Shown here piece by piece: positions 13,150-26,894 of a stretch of DNA of 64,000 nt. The notes beneath the pieces are model-generated. The model saw only the letters and a list, made by a program, of their open reading frames with translations, was not told where the DNA came from and did not search any database. Every line of letters begins with the position of its first letter. Position 1 is the stretch's first letter. The stretch comes from Narcine bancroftii (lineage: Eukaryota), in the NCBI RefSeq assembly GCF_036971445.1, contig NC_091474.1:82584001-82648000 (forward strand). Direction: 5' to 3'. Position numbers and translations under genes: made by a program.

Positions 13150-14010
13150 AGACCATAAGACACAGGAGCAGAAATAGTCTGTTCAGCACACTGAGGGTGC
13201 CCCACTGTTCAATCATGAGCTAATCCATTTTCCCACTCAGTCCCACTGCCCGGCCTTCTCCCCATAACCTTTAATGCCCTGGCTAATGAAGAATCTATCA
13301 CTCTCTGCCTTAAATACACCCAATGACCTGGCCTCCACAACCAGTTGTGGAAACAAATTCCACAGATTTACCACCCTCTGGCTGAAGAAATTCAGCCACA
13401 TCTCTGTTCTAAGCGGACACCTTTTAATACTGAAGTTGTGCCCTCTTGTCCTTGAAACATTCTTAGTGAAACATTCTTTCTACATCGACTCTGTCCATGT
13501 CTTTCAAAAACATTCAAAATGTTTCAATGAGATCATAAGAACATAAGAAATAGGGTCTGTCGACCCTGGTCCTCCATTCAATGAAATCATTGCTGATCTG
13601 ATGATGGGCTCATCTGCACTTACCTGTCTTTCCCCCCATATCCCTTAATTCCCCTACTATATAAAAATCTATCCATCTTTTATTGAGGCCACCTCCACTG
13701 CTTCAATGGGCAGCGAATTCCACAGATTCGGCACCCTCTGGGAAAAGCTGTTCTTCCTCATCTCTGTCTTAAATTTACTACCCTGAATCCTGAGGCTATG
13801 TCCCCTTGTTCTGGTCCCCTCCCCAATCTTATCTATGCCTTTTATTATTTTATATTTTTCGACAAGATCCCCTCTCATTCTCCCAAATTCCAATGAATAC
13901 AGGACAAGAGATGTCAAACGCTCCTCATATGATAACTCTTTATTCCTGGAATCGTCTGAGTGAACCGCTTTTGAACCCTCTCGAATGTCAGCATATCTTT
14001 ACCTAAACGA
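13150..14010 (-). mobile_element. Two adjacent CR1-like 3' fragments
   Basis: ORF 13669..13917 LYSLEFGRMRGDLVE...GTRTRGHSLRIQGSKFKTEMRKNSFSQRV. CATAAGA-type tails at about 13150 and 13535. Confidence 0.8.
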
Positions 14011-17000
14011 GAAGCCCAAAACTGTTTACTTCTGAAAGATGCTACCCTCTCAACCTCTCCATCTCAATCTGAGACCACTGACACTACTTGCTGTCTGCAG
14101 CCGAAAACTCTTGGAGAACTCATTATGTCATTGTGGAGCTTTGACACACTTGAAACCCCAAACTCCAACTCAACATGTCATTGTTGGGCTTCGACACACT
14201 GGAAGCTGCCCACAACTCCACTTCTTGCTACCTTTACAAATTGAAAAGAATGTGGGGGACTGTTCCAGTAAAGGATATGAGGAAAAGGCAGATAGAGGGA
14301 GATTAGCCTATCACCAGATCAGACATGATCTCATTGAATGTCGGAGCAGCCTCGACAGGCTGGATGGCCGACTCCTGCTCTTACTTCATATGAATGATAA
14401 ACAGCCGGTTCGAAAATGGTCTGGTGCAGTTTACAAGAGAAAAAATAGGAGAGGCCATGAATGCATATTTCTTCCTCTCTGGGATAATGTACTTGATTCC
14501 TGCTGCTTTGAACAGAACCCAGCTGACAGAAAATAATGGAGATTCACATACACACCACAAACACAGAATTACACCCATTACACAAAGACCGGGTTCAATT
14601 ACACAGAATAATAAATAATATTTGTTTGAAACTAGATTGTGTCTGGTCTATAAGGTGCGCTGGAACCATGAATGTTCTAAATTCATATTCCAATGCCCTT
14701 TCTCTGTCTTGCTATCGCTTCCTCTGAGCTCATTTATCCACCGATATTTTCTCTTTCACTCTCCTGCTGTAATCACTCTGATTCATTCCTAATTCATTCT
14801 CCGACATTGTCACATTCTCTCTCTTCTGCTGCTCTGTCATCCTCCCTCTCCCACTGATGCCTTCTATTTGCCTGTCATGGCCCTTGCACCAGCTCCCTTT
14901 CTCTGTCTTTGTGGGTTTCACGGACATTCATTATTTATAACACTAAGAATGTGCTCTCTAGGGCAAGAATATTTTAGCTGTCTCATTGATGCTACTGGCA
15001 TCAGGTTGCAGATCATTGGAGAGGTCGACCCATCACACAATCAAACAGCAAAATAAATTATTTCACGTCTTTCTGTTTTTGCTTTACCTGTTATCTATTT
15101 TCTCTTCTCTATATCACTTTTGTTATCTATGCATTTTATTTTATAGATCGTTTATTGTCATGTAATAGTACAGAATATGTAAAATTACATGAAATTGGCT
15201 TCTGCTGTAATGCAGCTAGAGTTGCTAGTTGTGTCATGCACCACCCCTTAAAGAAAGAAAGCAAAGCAAAAGAGAGTCACTGAGTGTCTCACATATTTGC
15301 CTCCAGCGCTCCTGCACAGACTCCTGTTTCATCCATCAGTAACCTGAACTCCAGATTCAAACCGCCGACACAATTAGGATTCAGCGCCCGGGGACCTTGG
15401 GGAGTCCTTCAGAACCACCTGTACCTCCAGCACTTTTGTGTATTGCACTTGACCCCAGCATCTGCAGATTTTCTTGTTTAACTCGATGACTCCACGGTTA
15501 ATCTTTCAGAATGTGGAGAAAACAACGGCTCTGTGTTATTGTAAGCAGAGACAGACATCTCACAGCAACCCCATTAATCCTCTTGTTTCTCTGCAATCTC
15601 TCCTCCCACATTAGTTCCACCTCAATACTCTTCTACTGCTTAGTTACGATGGGAATAATTTAGGACGAGAGGAAATCTGAGTACCCTTGGCAATCCAGGC
15701 AGGGAGGTTGAATGAGGAAGTTCACAGAGCACCGCAGGTCAGGATCGAACTCTGGCTTATCAGTATCAACTGCCGCACTGCAGTTCCAGCAAAAAGTGAC
15801 GGCCCTTGCCCAGTCCTCAAAGGAAGCTGCTCGCAAAGGTCAGGCGACCTCATTAGTTTGGACTTCCCTTCTTTGTTGATGCCATCAGATGTCAATACAA
15901 AAAGATGCTTGGCGTCCAATGACAGTGATTTCTCAGAGCTCGTGATGCTGCCTTCAGGTCAGGGGATAGCATGGCATGAAGATCAACCGCAGCTGACCTC
16001 TCCTGTGCAATCTGGAAGGCTCAGTGTGGGTATACACAGAGAATCCACAGACAGCTGTGCGACACTGGTGACATGAGCTGCACGTGGCAAGAGATCAAGA
16101 CCACCGGGATCACTGTCTGATGAGGGGGCACAAAATTATTGAGGATCCCTTTCACCCTGTACGCAGCATCTTTCAGCTGTTCCTGTTCAGGAGTATCAGA
16201 GCCAGCACCACCAGGCTGAGAAGCAGTTTCTTTACACAGGCAGTAAGAATACTGAACGACCAAAGGAACTGCTCACACTGACCATCCGTGACTCTCTTAT
16301 TTACAAAACAATACTTATGTACGTGTTTATTTGTATATTTGAATACCTGTCTTGCATACATATCATTTGTATATATGCCTGCTATGTCTGGTCGTGTTTT
16401 AAATTTAGACATGCATCACAGTAACAGGCCATTTTGGCCAACAAGTTCATGCTACCCAATTAACCTCCACCCCAAGTACGTTTTGAATGGTGGGAGGAAA
16501 TTGGAGTCCCCAGGGAGAATCTACGCAGAGATGGGGAGAATGCACAAACTCCTTACAGACAGCGCAGGATTCGAACCTCAGTCCCAACTGTTGGTGCTAT
16601 AAAGGCGTTGCGCTAATTGCTACACCAACTGTGCCACCCATGATCTGTGTGTTTTGCACCAAGGACTGGAGAACACTGTTTCACTGGGGTTGTGCCATCA
16701 GATGACAATCAACTTGACTTGATCTCATCTAAGTGGCTGAACAATCAATCCCTTCAAAGAATATGCACAGGTGCCAAATCAGGAAGGAAAATCAACGGTG
16801 TCAAAGCTAATATATTAAACATCACACAGTTAAAAATAAAAACAGGAGCACACATGCTAGATTAAAATAGAAGCTGAAGTGCAAAACATTTTCAAAAATT
16901 AGCAACTATTACAATTTTACACATATTTAAATTAGCGTTATTAAGAGCCCAGAAATGTGGTAATGTAATTATGGCTTGGATCAGCATCAGACAACAAAAC

Positions 17001-17167
17001 ACATGTTTTAGGGGATTTTATGCCATAACAAATTTCAATCATTTATCAAATTTGTCATCAACTCATCAATTTCTGTGACTGGTGGAGGTTGTGAAGAAGC
17101 ACTTGAACAGTTCTAACCACAGAGAGATATCAAACATATTGTGAGTGGAACTCTTGTAGATTCTATC

Positions 17168-17495
17168 GGTGAGGGAACGCTGTCAACTGGCGCCTTCCAG
17201 GCTGCAAGATTACATGCTGAGGGACGTACTGAGGCCTGCTGCAGCCAATGCGAGAGGACTGTGGGAAAGACCACAATCTAGAGTCCTCCTATTACGGGGC
17301 ATTGAGGGACCGAGACCATCAGGAAGACCCTCAAACAGCGGAGTGGGGAGAAGTGACAAGGTGCTACTGTGGTGATAATAGTGTATTTAGAGAACAAATG
17401 TAATAATGTATATTGATAGGGATGAATAGATATGATTGACATTATGGGTGTGAGAAGTCTGAACCATTTTCTTTTTTGTAAATAATTTATTGTGA
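17168..17495 (+). mobile_element. Tx1-like LINE 3' fragment
   Basis: ERCQLAPSRLQDYMLRDVLRPAAANARGLW resembles the ORF2 C-terminus of Tx1-type elements, followed by an AT-rich 3' UTR. Confidence 0.5.
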
Positions 17496-17497
17496 AT

Positions 17498-18193
17498 TGT
17501 TACAGGCTTCTGTTATTCTTTATCTTTATTTTATGTGTTATATTTTAGAAAAGTTACTTTGGGGGTTGGATCAGGGAAGAAACTCTCAGATAACAATCTT
17601 TTTAACAGGGCACCTACTTTAGGTGAGATTGACACTGCTATTGTGTTCTCCTTTTCAATTTGCTGTGGCCATTGTAATGGTCACTTTTGACTGACCTGTA
17701 TCTGGGTCAAGAAAGCAAGATCATTCTTACATTTGGATCATGACCATTTTGATGGTTATTTCATTTATCCTTTGCCTGGGTTCGTGAAAACATGGTGGAG
17801 GTCATAAGTTCCGCAGTCGCTATGCAAAGAAAAGGGGAATTGTGAAAAATCATTCGTATGAAGAAACATTTCTCTGAAAGCCATTTGACAAGAATTTGTG
17901 AGTTTTGAGAAATCTGAGGACTCGGTATCTCATCTACCCCATAATTACTTCTGAATATTAGTTTAAAGATTCTGAGTTTCAACGCAAGATTTTGAAGAGT
18001 GTACTTTGAATTGACTTTTCAGAAATGTGCCAAAGCTGTAATGATTTGGGTAACCACCCCCCACCCCCCCACACATACTTGCCCATAGTTGGGGTTAAGT
18101 TTAGATTTAAATGAGATATTATATTATTAATAGTGATTAATAAAAATTATTGTTTTGAAGATACCATTTTCTTGGTGAATTTCTGTTGTTGCT
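17498..18193 (+). mobile_element. Degenerate LTR-like repeat
   Basis: Begins TGTTACA and has AATAAA near 18139. No clear 3' CA or TSD because it abuts a CR1 fragment. Confidence 0.35.
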
Positions 18194-18198
18194 AGTTT

Positions 18199-18810
18199 AT
18201 GATAGTTAAGAAGGTCTATGGGATGCTGGGCTTCATTAATCAGAGGACTGAGTTCAAGAGTCGAGAGATCATGTTACTGGATAGACCACACTTAGACTAT
18301 TGTGTTCAATTCGGGTCACCTTGTTATAGGAAGCATGCAGAAATTATAGAGAGGGTGCTGAGGAGATTTATCAGGATGTTTCCTGGATTGGAAACGTCTT
18401 ATGAGGTAAGGTTAGCAGAGCTGGGACTTTTCTCTTTGGAGGGAAGAAGGATGAGAGGAGACTTAATAGAGGTCTCCAACATTATGAGAGGCATAGATAG
18501 GGTGGACACCCAGCTCCTTTTTCCCAGGCAAACACCAGAGAACATGTGTACAAAGTGAAGGGAGGGAAGTTTAGGGGAGACATCAGGGTTTTGTTTTTTC
18601 ACACAGAGATTTGTGGGTGCCTGGAAGGCCTTGCTAGGGATTTGGTGCAGGTTGGTGAACATTAGGGGGATTTAGGAAACTCTTTGGAACATGGTTGAAA
18701 GCAAAATCGAGGGTTGTGAGGTAGGGAAGGCTTAGTAATTTTTTTGGTAGGAATATAAAGGGCAACACATCAAGGGCTAAAGGGCCTGCACTAGCTACAA
18801 TGTTCTATAA
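18199..18810 (+). mobile_element. CR1-like LINE 3' fragment
   Basis: MLGFINQRTEFKSREIML..RPHLDYCVQF.SP...ERVLRRFIRMFPGL...LGLFSLEGRRMRGDLIEV. Confidence 0.85.
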
Positions 18811-21800
18811 GCAGCACGCTATAATTTTTTGGACCCAAGCCCTTCCTCGTGGTATTTGTTCAGAAATCCTGATAGTGGGTCATTTGCCCTGTCAGTCTCA
18901 AATATAATTGGGGATACAGAAAGTGTGGGGTATACAGCTGTGGCTGGGGTCGAGGGGGTGTGCTTGATCTCTAGGGGTCAGGAACAAAGGTGGACTTGCA
19001 ACCGGAGGCACGACATGGAGTGCTTGCATGTTCCTTGCTCTCCCTAAACTCACCAGATTTGCTTGAAAATCTATTATGTGACTAACGTGTTTTAAAACAA
19101 AGATGAAAGTGTATTTGGTATAAACAGATGTAACATCCAATCGATTGGAAAATCTGCTAGCATTATTTGTTGCCTGCTTTTGGATTGTCTGAGGAATGAT
19201 CTTGATATTATATTGTGACCTACGCAAACCCAGGCAGACAAAATGACTCTTTATACGCTGACAAGTATTTTGACATCTGACGTGCCAGGGAAGGCAACTG
19301 CCTGTCTGTGTGCATCAGGAGTCCACAGAAAGCAATGATGGCATGACCAGGGTAAACAATAAAATCTGCAGATGCTGGGATCTAGTTCAGCATTTAAAAC
19401 TGCTGGAGAAATGCAGCAGCACACACGCAGCAAACAAAAGGCGAGTTGCCATTTTGGGCCTGAGTGGAGCCAAAGGGGTCGACAAACTCATGCAGCCTGC
19501 AGGCGACTGCGGTCGATGGACTCACACCAGGCTGCAGACTGCAGGAGACTGGCTCGAGTCTGGCTGAAGAAGTAGAGGTATCAGAACTGAGATGTGAAAG
19601 GATGCTGAGGGCTTCCTGATCGTGTCAGAGATTTGGATCTGGCACTTAGATTGTTGATGATTTGGCTGAAAGATTGTTTGGCTGTGGGAATGCTGGAGGC
19701 AAATCCGTGGACACTCAATGATTCTGGGAGAACCCTCTTCTGCTTCTCTTTCTCTGATTGATCAGGGGCACCAAGCAATTTCTGCTGATAGTGAATTTTT
19801 GCCTGACAGTAGACAAAAGGAAATTTTGTGTAATATCACATTCTTATAAATTTTTTAAAAATGTAGACATACAGCATGGTAACGCCGTTTTGGCCCATGA
19901 GTCCATGCTGCCCAATTTACACCCATTTGACCTACATCCATGGTACATTTTGAACGGTGGGAGGAAACCGGAGCACCCAGGGAAAACCCACACAGACACG
20001 GGGAGAATGTACAAACTCCTTACAGAAAGCGCTGTAATGGCATTGCACTAACCACGACACCAACTGTGCTGCCCTCTGTTTTTTTACATGGCAATAAAAG
20101 AATCTTAAATCTTGAACATCCATCCAAGAGGCCGACATAGTCTCAGTGAGAGGACTCAACTGTGCTCCAAGAAATTTGAACAAATGTAACCTGCAGGATG
20201 CTGGGAAGCAGAAGTAACCTACTTGACATAGACCTGATGGGCCAAATGGTCTCCTGGGCTATAAATTTCTCTGATTCCTCAGTACTTCAACCTACGTGAT
20301 ATTGCTCATGTCCTTAGTGTGGGATTTGAACCCCTATACTCAAGATTCAAAAGCCATTATTGAAACTTGACATCAATTACCATAAACTTCAGGAAGAACA
20401 ACATTTATCAATGACTATTAATCAATAAACAATGACAATGAGTTGTTATGAGGAAACAAAATGCTGCTGGGGGAATGGCCTTGATCCAGTGTTGACCATC
20501 CTTTTGCTTTCACAGATGCTTCACCTGAAGAGTTCTTCCAGATGTTTGATTTTCTTTCCTCAAGCATCTATAATATTTTATGCTTTGAAGTGTTAACCTT
20601 TGCCTTGGATGGTGCAAGAGTAACAACCTGAGCCTGGACAAGATGAAAGAGATGATTGTGAACTTCAGTAGGGCCAGGAACGACACCTCAACAACTCTGT
20701 AGTAGAGACAGTGGAGAGTACCAAGTTTCTTTGAGTTCACTTAACTAGTGACCTATCGTCGGCACTTGTCAGGAAAGCTCAACACCGCTTGCACTTCCTG
20801 AGAAGACTGAAGGCTACTGGCATGATCTACTGGGATCGTTGTCTGAAGACAGGATGAAAAATCATTGAGGACCCCTTCCACCTGCACACAGCATCTTTCA
20901 GCTGCTCCCATCGGGAAAGAGATACAGGAGGATCAGAGCCAGCACCACCAGGCAGAGGAACAGCAGAGAGAATGCTAAACACTAACCATCCAAGATGCTC
21001 ATATTCATGAAGCAATATTTATTTATTTAGTTGTATACACGAATACTTGTCCTGCACGTGTTTAGTTTGTCGGTATGTGAATTATGTCTGGTTGTGTGTC
21101 TGCATGTTTTGAACCAAGGTCCAGAGAAAGCTGTTTCGTCAGGTTGCACTTATACAATAAGATAACAATAAACTTGATTTGAAAAGAGATGAAAAGTATT
21201 GGACTTGGTGGGACCAGATGGGATGGGGTTACCTACAGTTGGAAAATTTGATATTTAAGGTGTGTTATTTATTAATTCTCCAGCCTCATCCTCCAGAGGT
21301 TCCACATTAAACTTGGCCACTCTCCCTTTATATTAAATATCCATGGAAACTTTTTGTTTGTTTTGTTATTACATCCGTTTTACATAATATGCACCTTCTT
21401 TATTTGCCTGCCAAAAGAGACAACTCTACACTTTCCCAAATCATAAACCAATTGCCAGATCTTTGCTCACTTGACTCACCTTCTCAGAATCCCTCTGTAA
21501 ACTCTCTACATCCTTTTCAAAACTTGCTTTCCTGAACGATTTTTAGTTTTCAGCAACTTTATCTTTGCTGCCATCACCAAGTTGATCATAAAGCTTTAAA
21601 GAAGTTGAGGCTCCAGCACCAGCCTGTAGCACACTACTCCATACATCGTTCCATCTGGAAAATGACTCATTTATGCTCATTTGCTGTGAAATAGCCAATC
21701 TTCTGTCGACACCAATGTGTCACCCGTTGCACCAAAAACTTTTAAAATCATTATGCATTTAATGCTTACAATGCAGGACATATTTATTTTGCAATGAACC

Positions 21801-22272
21801 TTGCTTGCTCTGAAAGATCCACTCAATCCATCCTAGTCCCTTGCTCTTTCTTGACATTACAACAGAAACTATGCTTTGAAAAGTATTTCATTGACTGTAA
21901 AGTCAGTTAGGACAGCGTGAGATGAGAGAAGGACTGGGAAAATCGGTGTCTTATTCTTCATTGTAAAACAAGCTGACAATTTGTAATCTCTTGTTCTACA
22001 CATTGTACAGAATTCTACTGTCCATCTGATATGCTAGCTTACATGTTTGGTTTCCATATTCATTTTCAAGTATCCAATAAAGATAAATACCAACCAGGAT
22101 GCACTACAAGACTCATAGCCGGGATATTAAACCTTTCTGCCCCCACTAGAACAAATGCAAGGCAGAGGAAATCATAACAGCCTTTGATCAGCCATAATAT
22201 GAATTGATGATGTGATTCTTCATTTATTATCTGGGAGTATTCCAAGAAAGCACAATGCACTGGAGTTAAATA

Positions 22273-22812
22273 CAGGGTTTACTTCTACTTACACCTGTTC
22301 CTTTTCTAATTCCGAAGAACTGGTCGTAACTCGGACTGGACGCAAGTTGGATTCGCCCCACTGCGCAGGGCTTAGTGAGGTCTTGAAGAAATTTAAAAAA
22401 AAGATTTTCAACAAATAAACCTTTAATGAAGAATATATGCATATGTAGAGTACAGTACCTTTAATAAAGATATTCAACATATGAAACTAGTAAATAATAA
22501 AGTAATTGGACTTCAGTGTCGAGCTGTGACTGGGAGCGGGAATCGTCAGTTTACTAAAAAAGTTAATTTGTGTTTTAATTTCAACTGTAATTTCAACCAT
22601 TTATTGAAACCCGATTTAGCACAAACCTGCTTTTATCATGATGTGATTTTTTTGGACCCAAACTATCGTGTTACAACAGGGTTCCACTATATACAGTACT
22701 TTTAATATAAAATATATGTGTACAGTAGTTTTAATAAACATTTTTTTTTAAATTTTGGTCGTTTGTGCATGTGGATGTAACTTGTGTAGGTCAGAAATCG
22801 TGGTCTACCTGT
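22273..22812. mobile_element. Degenerate Tigger/TcMar-like element
   Basis: TA|CAGG... start and ...GTCTACCTG|TA end. A similar terminus lies at about 49190-49212. Confidence 0.35.
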
Positions 22813-23399
22813 AGTCAAAGGCAAATTGGTGACTTATTCTGTTGACAAGTCCACATGCATACAACAAACTTTAAACTCTGATTTCATGCTTGCTTGTGTG
22901 ATCCTTTTCCTTGGGGTTAAGTGCCATAATTATTTGAAAAGCTCAAGTGAGCATCTGCATTATGTCTTTGTTGCACTGAGTAGTTCTTGTTTGCTCATTT
23001 CCCATCAAGATCTGAATTCACAATTACTGACATTTGTTAATGCTTAATGATAATAAATTGGCACATGCAAAGCTTGTGGTAGATTTGCATGATTTTAACC
23101 AAATTCTGATTAACCTGCTGATGGAGGTAAATTAAGTTGCTAATGTGCACTAATGGTGGCCTCTTTGCTTTAAGATTTCACAGCCAATCACCTACTGGAG
23201 ACTTGCCAAGCACTTTGACCTTCAAGTCAGTGCATCGTTCCTGGGTTTGCCACTGTTACAGATATTTGTGTCTTTATTCACACAGAACTACATAGCACAC
23301 AAGGAGGTCATTCAGCACAGCACCTGGATACGCCTCTCAAAAGTTTCTTTTACGCAGAACTTGAAAGCCAGGTTTCATCCACCTTTTGAGTGAAAGAAT

Positions 23400-24375
23400 T
23401 GCATTGGATGCCATCGGTGCTCTGTGGTTAGTAAAAGATAACTTAAGGTGGCAATGTGAGTGGAAAGAAGAAGGTTGAAATCCACTGTCCCAATTCATGA
23501 TTTGCAAAAGGCTAGAATGGAGGTAGAGCAGGACATTAGAAAAGTCAGTAGAAAGTCATCGCTTATTGGTGGGTGAATTGCAGAATATAAAGGAGGTTAT
23601 GCTTCAGGTGGTATATAATCTCAACCTTTTTTCCTGCTCACATACCACCTTAAGTCATTCCTAACTAACCACAGAGCATCTCTGGTGGTAAGTGCCAGAT
23701 TTTGGGGTGGGGGAGGGGTCATCTCATATAAAGGGTATAACTCAAAACCAACATTTTTGGTGGAAATTCCGAGGTCGTCCTATACAATGGCAAATGTGAG
23801 TGGGAAGGGAAGGTTGAGAACCACTGCTCCAGACCCAATCGTTACTGAGATATTTTGCTTGAGAAAAACTGTCATTGGCCCATTTCCTTTGGAGTTATGA
23901 AACCGTACACATAATGAATCAACTAAGTATGATTAAAACAGTGATTTTCAAACTTTTTCTTCCTACTCATCCCACCTGAATCAATCCCTTACTAATCACA
24001 AAGCACCAATGGTGTAGGGATTACATAAGGTGGAATGTGAGTTTTTAAAAAGTTTGCCCACCCCTGCAATTGATAAACATCCTTCTTAAATATATTCATT
24101 TAATTGGTCTCTATTGCCTTTGGAAGTGGAAAATTGTATAGCTTCATAACTTTCTAGGTGAAGTCATTACTTCAGATCTTCTAAACCAGTGACTCTCAAT
24201 CTTTTTCTTACCATTCACATACCATCTTAAGTCATCCCTTACTAACCCCAAAACACCTCTACCCCTACTCGTATCGCCGGCGTCAGCTGACACTGGTGTG
24301 CTATGTCCTGTAGGCACTCTGTGGTTAGTAAGGGATTGCTTAAAGTGGTATGTGAGTAGTTAAAAAAAGTTTTAG
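23400..24375. mobile_element. Cluster of the same hAT MITE family with foreign inserts
   Basis: Repeated CACATACCACCTTAAG / GGTTGAGAACCACTG subunits homologous to 47756-48134. Confidence 0.7.
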
Positions 24376-25054
24376 GTTGGATTAGATTGATGAAAGTGGG
24401 ATCATTCTTGGTGCAAAGATTGAAGTGAGGTAAACAAGATCATGATGGGATCAGGCAGGATAAACTAAGGGCTGTTGCTGTGAACGGATAGTTACAGATT
24501 TAGAGGGAAAAGGATATAAAAGGAATGCAAGGAAAGTTTTTTTTACATGCGACGGTTGATTTGCTTGCTGAACTCATGGGGAAAGCAAGTGTTAATCAGG
24601 ATTTGGAGAAGAGAATTGGACAGGCACTTGAAAAAATAATTGACGTTGCTCAGAGGAAAAAGCAGGGGAAAGATGCTGCACTACAGGAAGCCAGCATGGA
24701 CCCTGCAAACTCGATATCTTCCTCCTGTGCTGAAACCTGTATCATTCTGTTTATTGAATCACCTTGGAAAGATAATAATGAATTTATATTGACCGCTATT
24801 TCAATACAGCTTTTTTAGATAGATCATTGCAACTCACACACAAACAGAATACTAATGCTCTTTCTGGTCCTTTTAATCAACATAAAATCTGTGTCCAATT
24901 AGCAATATCCACACTGCCCCTCTGGAGATGGTCTGTCGCAGTGGGCTGTTTAAATAAGATGAAGAAACTAAAGGCAATTTCACATACAAGCCGCAGAGAG
25001 TCACGTTTATCTCATCCGTCCTTTACTCTTTGCCTGTTGGATATTGACGGTGGA

Positions 25055-25267
25055 TGTGGTAAACCACTGTAACACTGTGATTAGCTGCTATTGACTGGAC
25101 TCGCTCCCCGAGACCAGTTCTAACCATAGCCCCTTGCAGGCAACCCCTTTCCTTTTTCTCTGATCAGACAAGAAGGTGGATTATTGTTTGATAGTGTTCT
25201 GGTCTTTAGGAATAAAAAGTCTGATTGTTTTCAACTCAGCCTTTTGTGAATTATTGCTGTTACATCA
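25055..25267 (+). mobile_element. Short solo LTR (213 bp)
   Basis: TG...CA termini with a perfect 5-bp TSD GTGGA (25050-25054 and 25268-25272), and AATAAA at 25211. Confidence 0.7.
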
Positions 25268-25329
25268 GTGGATTTCCTTGGTCTCATTATCACAGGCTTT
25301 ATTTAAATTCCTATGACCATGAGTTCTGG

Positions 25330-25803
25330 ATTCTAGATGGTGACACTTATGGTCGGATTCAGCCTCGAGGGGTGGCAGACTCTGGGGAAGCAGAGGGCTG
25401 TTGCAGAGCATCAGAAAACAATGACACAACAAGCCCCTCCCCCCCATGTTTGAGAAAAGGAAGCAGGGGAGATATTCCATGCAATGGCGACTACGGTGGC
25501 GGACCAGCTGAGGAACACACAGGCAGTGGGCTGTTGGTGACTCACTGAGGAACCCACTCAGGCTGCGGACTGCTGGGGACTGCCATTGAAGGATTCACAC
25601 CAGGCTATGGACTGCTGGAGACTGGCTCAAAACTAACTGAGGGGTACCAGGACCGGGACACGAGAGGGTACAGAAGGCAATGAAGGGTTCCTAATTGTGT
25701 CAGAGGTTTGGATCTAGAGCTCAGGTTGCCGATGGTTTGGACTGCAGTCTGTGTAGCTGCGGAAGCGCTGGAGGCGAATCCACGGACACTCAGTGACTCG
25801 GGA
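25330..25803 (-). repeat. Unclassified interspersed repeat (copies at about 10460-10775, 15150-15410 and 19440-19845)
   Basis: Shared core GAGTCACTGAGTGTCCGTGGATTCGCCTCCAGCGCT...ACCATCGGCAACCTGAGCTC.AGATCCAAACC. Confidence 0.65.
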
Positions 25804-26137
25804 TCGAGTGGATCCTTCATAATGTGTTCCAACATCCACAATATTTCTTCCTCCCACTGATGCTGCTTGACCCACTGACTTCCTCCAGCAGATGGATTTC
25901 TACTTCAACTTTATCAAATGTTTTGACAAAGATGAATACTGACTGCTGAGCACGTGAATTAAGATAGAGATTTCTGATTTTTAGTGGTTTACAACAAAAG
26001 GAGTGGTGATGTAGATGTTTAAGGTTTAGGCTTGATTTTAGTGGAGAGGTATTAAATCAATCTACCACCTGGAATGTGTTTCTATCAACTTGACATTCAG
26101 ATAAAATCATGGGATTTAGCATTTGGCTTTGGAATTT

Positions 26138-26894
26138 AGCCCCTTTTCCACGGGCATCCTGTCGATTGGCTGTACAGTGTCCCAGGATAGGAAGCCGTTT
26201 GTATTGTTTCCACTGGGCCACTCTTAACTGGGACACAACTGGGGATCGGAGTGGTCTACTTTTAATTGGAAACGGGTGACTTTCTGCTGTCTCTTAACGT
26301 ATATATAACAATTACAGTGTGGAAACAGGCGATCTCGGTCCCTCTAGTCCGCACCAATTTAAGTGAACTCCTCTAGTCCCACCTACCTGCTCCCTGTCCA
26401 TAACCCTCACATCCATGCACTCATCCAACCTTCTCTTAAATGATAAAATTGACCCTGCTGCAACCACCTCTTCTGGAAGGTCATTTCACTCAGCCACCAC
26501 TGTCTGAGTGAAGAAGCTTCCTCTCATGTTACTTCTAAACCTTTTCCCCCTAACCCTTAACTTATGACTCCTCGTTCTAATCTCACCTACCCTCAAGGGG
26601 AAGAGTCTATTCTCCTCTACTCTTTCTATTCCCCTCATAATTTTAAATACCTCTATCAGATTCCCCCTCAACCTTCTACGCTCCAATGAATAAAGACCCA
26701 ATCTACTCAGTCTTATTTTGTATTCTAGATACTGCAATCCAGGCAACATTTTAGTAAATCTTAGATTTACATGCTGATAATTTCCATTGGTTTTATCAGC
26801 TGACACCTGGGATATGAGTAAGGGTAGAGGTGGTTAATCCTGGCGTTCCCTGTCTCAGTTAATTTCTGGGACAAAGAGCAGTGGAAAAGGGGCT
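26138..26894. mobile_element. PIF/Harbinger-like non-autonomous element interrupted by a CR1 fragment
   Basis: Inverted termini AGCCCCTTTTCCAC (26138) and GTGGAAAAGGGGCT (ending about 26894). The superfamily is inferred from TIR style only. Confidence 0.55.
26300..26762 (-). mobile_element. CR1-like LINE 3' fragment
   Basis: ORF 26486..26806 FTKMLPGLQYLEYKIRLSRLGLYSLERRRLRGNLIEVFKIMRG...FFTQTVV is a typical CR1 ORF2 C-terminus. Confidence 0.85.
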
